Shown piece after piece: positions 55,205-64,000 of a DNA stretch of 64,000 nucleotides. Both the position numbers and the translations under genes were made by a program. The first letter of the stretch is position 1. Every line of letters starts with the position of its first letter. The notes under the pieces were generated by a model. It saw nothing but the letters and a program-made list of their open reading frames with translations, did no database searches and had not been told where the DNA came from. This DNA is from a virus. The DNA is taken from positions 24,630-88,629 of the IMG/VR virus record IMGVR_UViG_3300028364_000026; one strand, given 5' to 3'.

Positions 55205-56617
55205 TTAAATTAAAACAGCTGATGGTAATAACTTTTTTAATTTATTATAATTTTTTTCACCTATTTCACTTTTTTTAATACCTACTCTGATTAAACTACC
55301 ACCGTTTTTTATATCTAATTTACTTATTTCATTTGGAAAGTCAATCATTTTATTTCCATTTAAATTCAAAAAAACTAATTTACTTAATTTACCTATTGAA
55401 ATAGGTAAAGTTTTTAACTTATTGTTTGTCAACGCTAACAATTTTAGTTCCGATAAATCACCAATGGATTCGTCTAATTCGGATAACCCAGTATCAGTAA
55501 TTATTAAATGACAAACATTTTTAAAATCATTAAATTTAGGTACAACACCTATTGGTATCTCCATTATTTTGATTATCTCGGCTTTTTCATTTACTACATC
55601 AAATACGTTATCAATAAGGTTTAACTTTATACCATTAAGATAATATTTATTTTGGGTAAAATCATTATTGGTTAGTTTAGCGTTTTTAATTAATAAGGCT
55701 TTAAAAAAATCAAACAATGGTTGGGACCTACTTAAAATATGGGTAATCCCTTTTACATCGTTGGAATTTTTTTTATTCATTAATTGGTTTGTCTCAAAAT
55801 GTATTTGGTAAATATCTAAATTGTCGTCTTCAAAGAAAGCTTTATTAATGATTATATATAAATTAGATACATTACCATCAGGTAACCTATTATTTCTGGT
55901 ATAACTCATAAAATTACCATTTTCAAATTTACTAGTACACCAAACACTAAAATCATTAAATACAGTACTAGCATCCAAGGTTAGAGGTACATAAACCATA
56001 TAGTTCCTATCTGATATTGGAATCAAAGCCTCACCTAGTTCAAGGTATTTTAATAGTTTTCTTTCCATCAAACCAACATCACGCTCAACAAAGGGATATA
56101 CGGCATCAAATAACATCGACAATGACTTATATTGATTTATGTTTGTTACATCACTTATATCTTTAAAATTAGTGTTTGAATGACATAGTTTTTTGAATTT
56201 ATCCTTTCTTTTATTTGATTCAAATAAAATGATATATTCTTTAGCTTGAAATAAATCTTCTTCTATTAATCTAATAGCTTTTTGTTCTTCCGCTAATTCA
56301 TCACCTTTAATTTTTAAAGTAAAGATATTTAAAATCCACTGTACGTATCGTTTGTTTTCAGTTGGGTCGGAAACAATAATCGATGTTAATACATCTGAAG
56401 AAACACTGATATTAATTGTGTTCTTTTTTTTAGCATTTATCTTGAATGATTTTATTGCTAATATTTCATCGTTGGTCCCTTTAATTAACTTACTAGTGTA
56501 ACCATCTTCTTTTAACCCGTTTAATTTACTATTTATGGTTCCATCAATATCTTTTTCAAATACATCAAATAATTCTGATAAATAGGATATTTTATTTGTT
56601 AGGTCATATTTACCCAT
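55205..56617 (-). CDS. WC-domain protein with C-terminal leucine-rich repeats
   Basis: SDPTENKRYVQW, VWCTS, YQIHFETNQ; LxxLxLxxNxLxxLPxxIxxL repeats. Confidence 0.75.
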   Translation of the reverse strand: MGKYDLTNKISYLSELFDVFEKDIDGTINSKLNGLKEDGYTSKLIKGTNDEILAIKSFKINAKKKNTINISVSSDVLTSIIVSDPTENKRYVQWILNIFTLKIKGDELAEEQKAIRLIEEDLFQAKEYIILFESNKRKDKFKKLCHSNTNFKDISDVTNINQYKSLSMLFDAVYPFVERDVGLMERKLLKYLELGEALIPISDRNYMVYVPLTLDASTVFNDFSVWCTSKFENGNFMSYTRNNRLPDGNVSNLYIIINKAFFEDDNLDIYQIHFETNQLMNKKNSNDVKGITHILSRSQPLFDFFKALLIKNAKLTNNDFTQNKYYLNGIKLNLIDNVFDVVNEKAEIIKIMEIPIGVVPKFNDFKNVCHLIITDTGLSELDESIGDLSELKLLALTNNKLKTLPISIGKLSKLVFLNLNGNKMIDFPNEISKLDIKNGGSLIRVGIKKSEIGEKNYNKLKKLLPSAVLI

Positions 56618-56659
56618 AGTAATATTTTGTTTTTATTGACAAAGGTACTAATAAATAAG

Positions 56660-57001
56660 TTAATAAATAAATCGTTTAAACAAATCTTCGTCTCTATAGC
56701 TCTCTAAACTTTTTTTAAAAAACCAAAATAAACCATCAATGTTTTCTGACTCTCTATCCAATATATCTAAAATAACGTCATTTGGGTTTTCACCATCAGT
56801 TAATCTATATTTTAACTCCTCAGTATAATTTGTTTTCTTTTTATTCAATAGTTGTTTAAAAATCAAATTATATAAATCCCACCTAATTTCTAGTTCTTCA
56901 TCAAGGTTTTCCAATATACACGATATGTGTTTGTTATATTCTTTGTCTAGAGTAGAAATCTTTCCACAACTAGTTTTTAAAATTAACTTTTTAGCTTCCA
57001 T
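56660..57001 (-). CDS. Hypothetical protein (paralog of 57122-57442)
   Basis: EELKYRLTDGENPN. Confidence 0.7.
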   Translation of the reverse strand: MEAKKLILKTSCGKISTLDKEYNKHISCILENLDEELEIRWDLYNLIFKQLLNKKKTNYTEELKYRLTDGENPNDVILDILDRESENIDGLFWFFKKSLESYRDEDLFKRFIY

Positions 57002-57121
57002 AACAATAAAATTAAACTTACATTATTTAATAATAAATATCACAAACTAAAGCTAAGGATTTTATAAAAAATTATTATTATGGGTAATCTTTGATGTTCA
57101 GCATCATAGGTAAAATATTAA

Positions 57122-57442
57122 TCAAAAGTTTTTTATCTTGTGATATAGTCGTTCCAGTTCAGGTGTTTTTATTTGTACGGTTTCAAGCAAAGTTAGACAA
57201 TTATTATTAGGGTCAGAATCCTCTGTGAGTAAATATTGTAGTTCCTCAACTTTAAGCCTATCATTTAAGTTATGTTTAAACTCAAGCATAACTTGGTTAT
57301 AAGTAACCCAAGCTTGTCTTTCTTCGTCATCACCAACTACAAGATAATTTGTTATTTTATTCTCATATTCGTGTTCTAAGTAACTGTTAAATTCACCGTA
57401 ATGTTCTCTTAATATTGTCTTTATTCTAGTTCTGATGTTCAT
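57122..57442 (-). CDS. Hypothetical protein with IKTILRE tag
   Basis: EELQYLLTEDSDPN. Confidence 0.7.
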   Translation of the reverse strand: MNIRTRIKTILREHYGEFNSYLEHEYENKITNYLVVGDDEERQAWVTYNQVMLEFKHNLNDRLKVEELQYLLTEDSDPNNNCLTLLETVQIKTPELERLYHKIKNF

Positions 57443-57482
57443 GTGATATATTACCAGCTATCGATGTTGATTAAACATTACC

Positions 57483-57833
57483 TTACGTATTTTCGTTTAA
57501 AGTGACGTTTTTAGATAAAGAATATTCATCATTTATTTTACCGTTTATCCAATCTGTAATTACTTGTTTGGTGAAATCATCACCCAAGTTAAATTTAAAT
57601 TTAAAATAATCAAATAGAGCTTTTGGTGAAATCAATTCATCATCAACATTAACTTTTATCATTTTTTTAGTACTATATTCACCACCCGCCTTAACATAAT
57701 TTTCTGTCGGGGTATAATTAGCATTTAATTCAACAACCATCTCTTTTACAATATCTGAATGTACACTTGATTCATGAATAAATTTTTTAAGTGTTTTTAA
57801 TTGAGCCTCCGTTATAATTACTTTCGTTTTCAT
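57483..57833 (-). CDS. Hypothetical protein
   Basis: Late box at 57837-57845; starts MKTKVIITEAQL. Confidence 0.7.
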   Translation of the reverse strand: MKTKVIITEAQLKTLKKFIHESSVHSDIVKEMVVELNANYTPTENYVKAGGEYSTKKMIKVNVDDELISPKALFDYFKFKFNLGDDFTKQVITDWINGKINDEYSLSKNVTLNENT

Positions 57834-57855
57834 AACAATAAATATCTTATAAATA

Positions 57856-57882
57856 AAAAAGGGTCTAAAATAGACCCTTTTT
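57856..57882. terminator. Intrinsic terminator
   Basis: AAAAAGGGTCTA-AAA-TAGACCCTTTTT. Confidence 0.8.
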
Positions 57883-57915
57883 AATAAATATTTATTAATA
57901 ATTATTTATTAATAA

Positions 57916-58242
57916 TTAAATGAAATCATCAATCGATTTCTGATAAACATCTATCTCCTTTAAACCAACAATTCTACCACCAACAATTTCCACACCATCC
58001 TTAAAAAAAATAACGCATGGTACACTTCTAACACGCAAACTAACAGCAGAATCAGATGCTACATCAACATTTAGTTTGGTGATAGTAACCATTTTATCTT
58101 TATTGTTTTCTTCCAATTTATCAATGACTTGAGTTAATTGTCTACATGGGCCACACCAAGTTGCCCAACAATCAACCATAACCAACCCTTTTGACTTCAA
58201 TATCGATTCGTCAAAATTTTCATTTGTAATTTCTAATACCAT
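57916..58242 (-). CDS. trxA: Thioredoxin
   Basis: WATWCGPC and VRSVP. True start ATG 58242, since the TTG at 58260 is part of a TACCTTTG box. Confidence 0.9.
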   Translation of the reverse strand: MVLEITNENFDESILKSKGLVMVDCWATWCGPCRQLTQVIDKLEENNKDKMVTITKLNVDVASDSAVSLRVRSVPCVIFFKDGVEIVGGRIVGLKEIDVYQKSIDDFI

Positions 58243-58306
58243 AATTTTTATTTTTTTCAAAGGTACTAATATATTTCCTATTTTTCAATAGTTATAGTAA
58301 AAACTT

Positions 58307-58549
58307 ATGGATAATTCTTTTGATGAAATAGTAACGATTTTTATTATGAAAACTTATCCAATAAGTAGAATAAAAATAAATAAACGATTTAAACGAGCCA
58401 TCGTCATTAACTCTGTAGCTTTTGCAATAAATGACCAACAAAATAAACATACCATTTTAAATAAAATAGTGCCGATAATAGAAAAAATATTTGGGTTAAC
58501 TACTAAGGAATCAGTAGAAGCGATTAACAAAACAATTCACTTATTTTAA
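58307..58549 (+). CDS. Small hypothetical protein
   Basis: 80-aa ORF. Confidence 0.6.
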   Translation: MDNSFDEIVTIFIMKTYPISRIKINKRFKRAIVINSVAFAINDQQNKHTILNKIVPIIEKIFGLTTKESVEAINKTIHLF

Positions 58550-58613
58550 ATGTTGACTATCAACAAAATTATAACTAACTTTATAAATAAACTACTTATA
58601 TAAAAGCAAATCT

Positions 58614-59261
58614 ATGTGTATAAATAATGAATCACCCAAACTAACTGTGGAGTTAGTCCCAAAAACTTGTTGGTTTAGCAATATTAGGTCAACCGTTACC
58701 GTAAGCGAATGGAACAAAATTAGGTTTATGTCATACAAGTTCGCAGACAATAAATGCGAAATTTGTCAATCAACGGGAAAAGCTCAAGGGTATAAAAATA
58801 ATGTGGAATGTCACGAAATATGGGACTATAATGATGAAACCCATATCCAAAAACTTGTCGGATTAATATCATTATGTGTTAGATGTCATCAAGTAAAACA
58901 TATCGGTAGAGCAATAGCAATGGGTAAAGTAGATGAAGTCTTTAATCATTTAGCTAAAGTCAATAAATGGACAGCAGAAGACATTGATAAACATATAAAA
59001 GAATCATTTAAGCTCCACAAAGAGCGTTCTAGACATAAATGGGAGTTAGATATATCATTGATAGAGAAAGACCCTTATAACATCGTTTTAAAGCCAATGG
59101 ATGAACGTGTCTTCAAAGCTCAAAAGTATAAAAAGAAGAAGAAAAAGAAAAATCCTGATGGCACAACCAAACCCAAATCAATCCATCCAAGAGCAAGACT
59201 AGCGATGGTCTTGTCATCAAAAAATAATACTAGAATTAAAAGACCACCTAAAAAGACATAA
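58614..59261 (+). CDS. HNH-like endonuclease with Zn-binding cysteines
   Basis: CEIC...ECHEIW...LCVRCHQVKH. Confidence 0.75.
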   Translation: MCINNESPKLTVELVPKTCWFSNIRSTVTVSEWNKIRFMSYKFADNKCEICQSTGKAQGYKNNVECHEIWDYNDETHIQKLVGLISLCVRCHQVKHIGRAIAMGKVDEVFNHLAKVNKWTAEDIDKHIKESFKLHKERSRHKWELDISLIEKDPYNIVLKPMDERVFKAQKYKKKKKKKNPDGTTKPKSIHPRARLAMVLSSKNNTRIKRPPKKT

Positions 59262-59303
59262 ACTAAGTTTTTATTATATTTATATAAAAATCAAAAAAAG
59301 AAT

Positions 59304-60974
59304 ATGAAACTATTTTTAAATAAAATTATTGTAGAAAACTATAATAAAACGGGTCCAATAAAACAATTAACTGAGATAGATGAATTAATGAATTCTATTG
59401 AAGATAAAGTAAAAGAAACTGTTGTCATATCTAAAGATATAATGAATAGTATATCAATTAAAGATACGCTAGAACCACAAATATGGGAAAAAGAAAAATT
59501 AAACCCAAAGGTTAAAGCTAAATTACTCGAAATTGCTAACGATTTCTATAACGATTTGAAATTACCAAAAACAGTGCCTATTAAAGATGTTATTTTCACG
59601 GGTTCATTAGCTAATTTTAATTGGTCAAAGTTCTCAGATTTAGACTTACACATAGTCATAGACTTTTCTAACTTAGAAGGTGAACAAGATTTTAAAGAAG
59701 AATTGTTTTGGGCACATAAAAGTGTTTGGAACCAAGACCACGATATAAACGTTTTCGAATACCCAATAGAAATTTATGTGCAAGACTCAAAAGCTAAATT
59801 AGCTGCCACTGCCGTTTATAGTGTTAAAAAAGATAAATGGGTCCTTAAACCAGAACACGATAATTTTAAAATAAATAAAAAAGTTATCAAATCAAAAGCT
59901 GAATCATTTGTAAAATGTTTAAAAGATATTAAAAATGACTACGATGATAAAAATTATCAAAATGTTTTAAATAAAACAATAAAACTAAAAGATAAAATTA
60001 AAAAATATAGAACCCTTGGCTTGGATAAAGATGGTGAGTTTTCTATTGAAAATCTTGTTTTTAAAGTCTTACGTAGAACACCATTTTTAGATATAGTAGA
60101 CTCCCTAAAATCAAATGCTTACGATAATCTAATGTCAATCGATGAATCAATTTTAACCAAAGACGAAAAAACTCAATTGATAATCGAAGCAAATAATAAA
60201 TATGCTACATTAAGAGATTATTATATGACCCTATTTAAAATAGCTAAAGCTAAAGAATTATATGGTGGTGATGAATATTGGGAAAATGTTCAAGATGGAC
60301 AATGGGTAGGTGCCAGTATAGTAAATATTTTCGGTAGAATATCAAAAATATCAACATATACCGCACCATCTGGACAAGTAAGAGCAAATGACCTAGGGAT
60401 GAGAGGTGAAAACCCACATTACTTGGAATTTAAAATAATGGCTGGTAGAGGAATTGACCATGGTGATGAAAAAACACCAAATATACAGCCAGCTAGAACT
60501 AGATTATCTGGTGTAGGTTCCGAGGAATTTGAACACGAATTTACAATGCAATTACCTCAAGGGGTTGAGTTACAGAATGGGGAAACAAAGATAAAGTTTG
60601 GGTTGCCGAAGCCTGGGTCGCCAGCAAATGATGCACACATAAAAACCTATTTGATTTATGGTGACACCATTGTTGATTTTGTTAAAAATAACTTGAAAGA
60701 TAAAATTGGTTACGTGGATGGAAAAGGGGAAGAAATCTCTAAACAAGCAATGGCCAATAATCCATCACTGCAACAAAAGAAAATTAAAAAAGACCTAGAA
60801 ATGGAATTAAATAGAAGAGTTACTGACACAGAATTAGAACTCTTTATGAAAAATGGTCAAAAACCCAAAGGTAAACAAGTAACAAGCATGGATTCAGATA
60901 AAGCAGCAGAATTTCAACAAAGACAAGCAGACGCAATAGCCAGAAGAGAAAAAGCATTAGCCAGAAGAAAATAA
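59304..60974 (+). CDS. Pol-beta superfamily nucleotidyltransferase plus unknown C-terminal domain
   Basis: FTGSLANFNWSKFSDLDLH...IEIYVQD; late box at 59276-59284. Confidence 0.75.
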   Translation: MKLFLNKIIVENYNKTGPIKQLTEIDELMNSIEDKVKETVVISKDIMNSISIKDTLEPQIWEKEKLNPKVKAKLLEIANDFYNDLKLPKTVPIKDVIFTGSLANFNWSKFSDLDLHIVIDFSNLEGEQDFKEELFWAHKSVWNQDHDINVFEYPIEIYVQDSKAKLAATAVYSVKKDKWVLKPEHDNFKINKKVIKSKAESFVKCLKDIKNDYDDKNYQNVLNKTIKLKDKIKKYRTLGLDKDGEFSIENLVFKVLRRTPFLDIVDSLKSNAYDNLMSIDESILTKDEKTQLIIEANNKYATLRDYYMTLFKIAKAKELYGGDEYWENVQDGQWVGASIVNIFGRISKISTYTAPSGQVRANDLGMRGENPHYLEFKIMAGRGIDHGDEKTPNIQPARTRLSGVGSEEFEHEFTMQLPQGVELQNGETKIKFGLPKPGSPANDAHIKTYLIYGDTIVDFVKNNLKDKIGYVDGKGEEISKQAMANNPSLQQKKIKKDLEMELNRRVTDTELELFMKNGQKPKGKQVTSMDSDKAAEFQQRQADAIARREKALARRK

Positions 60975-60976
60975 AT

Positions 60977-61005
60977 AAAAAGGGACCTAACTAGGTCCCT
61001 TTTTT
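60977..61005. terminator. Bidirectional terminator between convergent genes
   Basis: AAAAAGGGACCTA-AC-TAGGTCCCTTTTT. Confidence 0.8.
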
Positions 61006-61276
61006 AATAATTTTCTTCTATTAAATTAATGGGGTCATAAATCATATGGTTAAAAAATCTAATCGGTTCACCAGAATCAAATACAACAACCCTAAAGGTT
61101 TTTAAATCCGACTTAACCGTAAACTCTTCAAGATATAATCCCATCAACCAAACACTATTGTGGTCGTGAGGTGGCCCATCATTCAAATACCATTTTAATT
61201 CTGATAACTTATAACTCTTATCACCATTAATAATGTTTTCACCACTTTCACCTAAATCAAATACCTTAATCTTCAT
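61004..61276 (-). CDS. Hypothetical protein
   Basis: 90-aa ORF coupled to upstream gene. Confidence 0.65.
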   Translation of the reverse strand: MKIKVFDLGESGENIINGDKSYKLSELKWYLNDGPPHDHNSVWLMGLYLEEFTVKSDLKTFRVVVFDSGEPIRFFNHMIYDPINLIEENY

Positions 61277-61277
61277 C

Positions 61278-62555
61278 CTATCTTTTTATTAATCGTTCAA
61301 ACAAACTTCTATTATAAACCAAATTCTTTACCACATCAATGTCAACTTGTCCACTAGTTCCATCACCCATTCCAATATTTATTGGCTTTTCAGCGTTAAA
61401 TGCATCAATAAAATTAATAGTTAACTTTTTACCTTGGTCTATATCATACTCCTGCCCAAGACTTAACTTAGCTTGCTCCAAATCATTCAACGCTTTCATG
61501 TAAATATCAAAACCACTACCCTCAATCTCATAACCAATTTCTTTCAAATGCGATAATATCTTATTAACCATATAACTATTGGTGCTATCCAATAAAGACT
61601 CAACATCATACTTTAAAATATTATCTGGGTCCGTCTCTAATATGTACCCATTAACAATAACATCCTCATCAACATCAGACCCCCGCATAGCAGCTAAACA
61701 ATTTTTGAATTCTTTGCTCTCTGGTAAACCTTTTGCCGTATACAAAGCATCATTAAATGTTTCACTATATCCACCATTAACATATTCGTCAATACCATTA
61801 TCTAAAATGAAATCGTAAAACTTAAGCCCAAGCCTTTTTTCAAAAAAATAATAAAGGTCACTACCTTCATCATCATAAAACAAGTTATCAGCAGTAACGT
61901 CTCTGTCTTCAGCATCAGTTAATTGTTTGGATTCAATATGCATCTGAAATTTATCACCACTCCCCTTATTAATAATAACAAATAAAGGACCATCAGAATT
62001 ATAACTGTTAAACATGTTTCTTGACTCCTCAGCAGCCGTACACCACTGCGTCCCTTTCCCAATCATACAAGATGCTCGCTCAGTCTTTGGAATCATAACT
62101 AACCATTGCTCATCATTGAAAATTTTATCGATTTCGGTGTCCTTTATCTTGCGAATCTCCGATTTTTTACTAGTGGGAATAGTATCCTCATTACCCTCAA
62201 AATCCTTCACAACAGAATATAACTCTTGTAAACTCTTAATTGAATTAATATCACGACTATCTGATGGTATCACATTCTTAAACTTCTCAAATAATGCCAA
62301 ATAATCAGATACCTTGTAAAAATCTTCAGTCTTTAAAAGACCCTTTCCCAATAAATTGTAAATCCACATAAAATAATTTCTGTTATGCTGATTATTCTTT
62401 TTTGGATATAAACCCTCAATCGCATCATATAAACTTACATCACCCTTTAATATAGGAAATTTTTCCTTATTAGAGTAAAATTTATCCCAAGCATCAGAAG
62501 AACTAATCTCAACCATTAATTCTTCCCTAAGTAATCGCCTTATATTATTAAACAT
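61278..62555 (-). CDS. WC-domain protein with IRRLLRE tag
   Basis: ASCMIGKGTQWCTAA...GPLFVIINK...KFQMH. Confidence 0.75.
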   Translation of the reverse strand: MFNNIRRLLREELMVEISSSDAWDKFYSNKEKFPILKGDVSLYDAIEGLYPKKNNQHNRNYFMWIYNLLGKGLLKTEDFYKVSDYLALFEKFKNVIPSDSRDINSIKSLQELYSVVKDFEGNEDTIPTSKKSEIRKIKDTEIDKIFNDEQWLVMIPKTERASCMIGKGTQWCTAAEESRNMFNSYNSDGPLFVIINKGSGDKFQMHIESKQLTDAEDRDVTADNLFYDDEGSDLYYFFEKRLGLKFYDFILDNGIDEYVNGGYSETFNDALYTAKGLPESKEFKNCLAAMRGSDVDEDVIVNGYILETDPDNILKYDVESLLDSTNSYMVNKILSHLKEIGYEIEGSGFDIYMKALNDLEQAKLSLGQEYDIDQGKKLTINFIDAFNAEKPINIGMGDGTSGQVDIDVVKNLVYNRSLFERLIKR

Positions 62556-62582
62556 ATTTTTTATAATAAATATATAAAATAT

Positions 62583-63791
62583 TTAAAAAGGTAATTCATC
62601 AACATCACTCAACACCAAAGGATTAGTATAAAAATTATATAACCTATCTTTTTTGTAATCTATTGAAACCAATTTTTCGTTAAAATCATTTATCATCTTA
62701 AGTATTATATCCTTAAAAATATCATTCACAACACAACCGTTAAAACCAACTACACCATCCAATGAAATAAATACGCCCTCCTCCCAAGAATGACCTAAAC
62801 GAATAATAAAAAGAGTATCACTAAATACATAATATAAACATTCCTTACCATAGGTGCTAAATAATTCCTCCTTGTATGTTATGTTCTGCCTAATTAAAAA
62901 ACTCATAATATCATGCTTATTCAATAAAGGATTCAAATCACTAAAATTATTGAACTTATTAAATAATTCACATAACTCGTATCGCTCATCAGGAATAATA
63001 TCCAACATAATATCACCTAACATCTTAGCTCGCTCGTAATATTTCTCCCGCAATTCCTTAACATCCCACTCGCAATCTATTTTTAAAGATAACTTAATGC
63101 TAATGGAAATACATACCTCAAAATATTTATCGGTAATAAACTCCTTGCTTAACTTTTCTATATTTAAAATCACAGGCAAATATACAACCCTCCAAACCTT
63201 AATAAATATTTTGGTGGGTAATTGGTTTTTAACCCTATAGTTATTGGATATTAAAATAGCAATCTCCTCAGAAGTATTGTACATGTGAGAAAGACATTTC
63301 CCATACGTATATAACTTGTTCCTTAAAATAGTCGATACACTAAGATGAGAAATCCCATCAATTCCCAATAAATCTTCAATAAATGGATGCTTCTCTAATA
63401 ATAACTTTTTACCATGACCCAAAATACCACCAGAAGAATCATTTAAAAGATTATATAAAGTACTAGAGAAAAAACTCTTGCTGTATGTTGAATAATTATA
63501 ATAACGATTCTGCTTCAAACCAACACAACTCACAATCTTTTCCCGATTGTAAAGTATATTGGTCTTGGATATACCAAACGTTCTTATATAAGAAACAAGC
63601 CTAAAATTACTACTACTACCATATAAAACAACCCGCTCACTAGTGAATTTACTATTATTCTTCATAAATTCAAAAAATACCTTAGACTTAACCTTGTCCT
63701 CTTTATATAATTTCAATAAATGAACCAAGTCTCGTGTCTTACTCTCAGAAATTATCTCATACTCTATTCCCGTATTTTTACTAATCGCCAT
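62583..63791 (-). CDS. Hypothetical protein (possibly degenerate PcfJ-like)
   Basis: ATG 63791 follows TTTG-N20-TACCTTTG (63816-63823); family call is weak. Confidence 0.6.
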   Translation of the reverse strand: MAISKNTGIEYEIISESKTRDLVHLLKLYKEDKVKSKVFFEFMKNNSKFTSERVVLYGSSSNFRLVSYIRTFGISKTNILYNREKIVSCVGLKQNRYYNYSTYSKSFFSSTLYNLLNDSSGGILGHGKKLLLEKHPFIEDLLGIDGISHLSVSTILRNKLYTYGKCLSHMYNTSEEIAILISNNYRVKNQLPTKIFIKVWRVVYLPVILNIEKLSKEFITDKYFEVCISISIKLSLKIDCEWDVKELREKYYERAKMLGDIMLDIIPDERYELCELFNKFNNFSDLNPLLNKHDIMSFLIRQNITYKEELFSTYGKECLYYVFSDTLFIIRLGHSWEEGVFISLDGVVGFNGCVVNDIFKDIILKMINDFNEKLVSIDYKKDRLYNFYTNPLVLSDVDELPF

Positions 63792-63842
63792 AATGAATTG
63801 TTTATATTTTGAAAACAAAGGTAAGTCCTTTTTTTTTAATTA

Positions 63843-64000
63843 CCAAAAAAATTCTAAAAAAAATTTTTGGAAATACATAACCCATTATTTAAAATCCGAA
63901 TTTTATCCCATTAAATAATCCCATAATAACATCCCTTATTTAAAATCCAAAAAAAAAAATTCTAAAAAAAATTTCGAACACCATCCCTTATTTAAAATCC
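63843..64000. repeat. Non-coding direct repeats TTATTTAAAATCC x3 at 51-52 bp spacing; runs to window edge
   Basis: Copies at 63885, 63936 and 63988; AAAAAAATTCTAAAAAAAATTT occurs twice. Confidence 0.75.

Noticed and set aside
63885-64000. Mini CRISPR array
   Set aside because: Repeats are only 13-18 bp and the intervening sequences are low-complexity, one repeating sequence found upstream.
1-64000. tRNA or rRNA genes
   Set aside because: No cloverleaf or T-loop pattern was seen in intergenic regions by eye; tRNAscan-SE would be needed to exclude them.

Overview
This 64 kb window is part of a very AT-rich, large (jumbo-type) tailed dsDNA phage genome read in the standard genetic code. It carries a T4-like head module (major capsid protein, scaffold, prohead protease, portal, large terminase), baseplate and virion genes, and auxiliary genes (dut, phoH, thyA, thioredoxin, ClpC, glycosyltransferases). 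Repeated TAnnTTTG promoter boxes and A-rich leaders without Shine-Dalgarno sites suggest a Bacteroidota host. Highlights: (1) nine inteins, including a naturally and atypically split intein (33-aa IntN, 125-aa IntC) that would trans-splice two ORFs into one ClpC, a Pro1 class-3-like intein in the portal, and two terminase inteins only 9 aa apart; (2) five paralogous genes with a constant ~60-aa head and 38 shuffled, position-variable 22-aa repeats around a Cys-domain gene, a candidate diversifying recognition system; (3) two candidate -1 frameshift or slippage sites; (4) a shared IKxxLRE / LxE tag on many unrelated late proteins and at domain junctions of polyproteins; (5) a late-promoter motif that is the reverse complement of the T4 consensus; (6) a gene bracketed by a structured leader and a 12-bp long-range inverted repeat. 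All calls come from reading motifs by eye; no database search was run.
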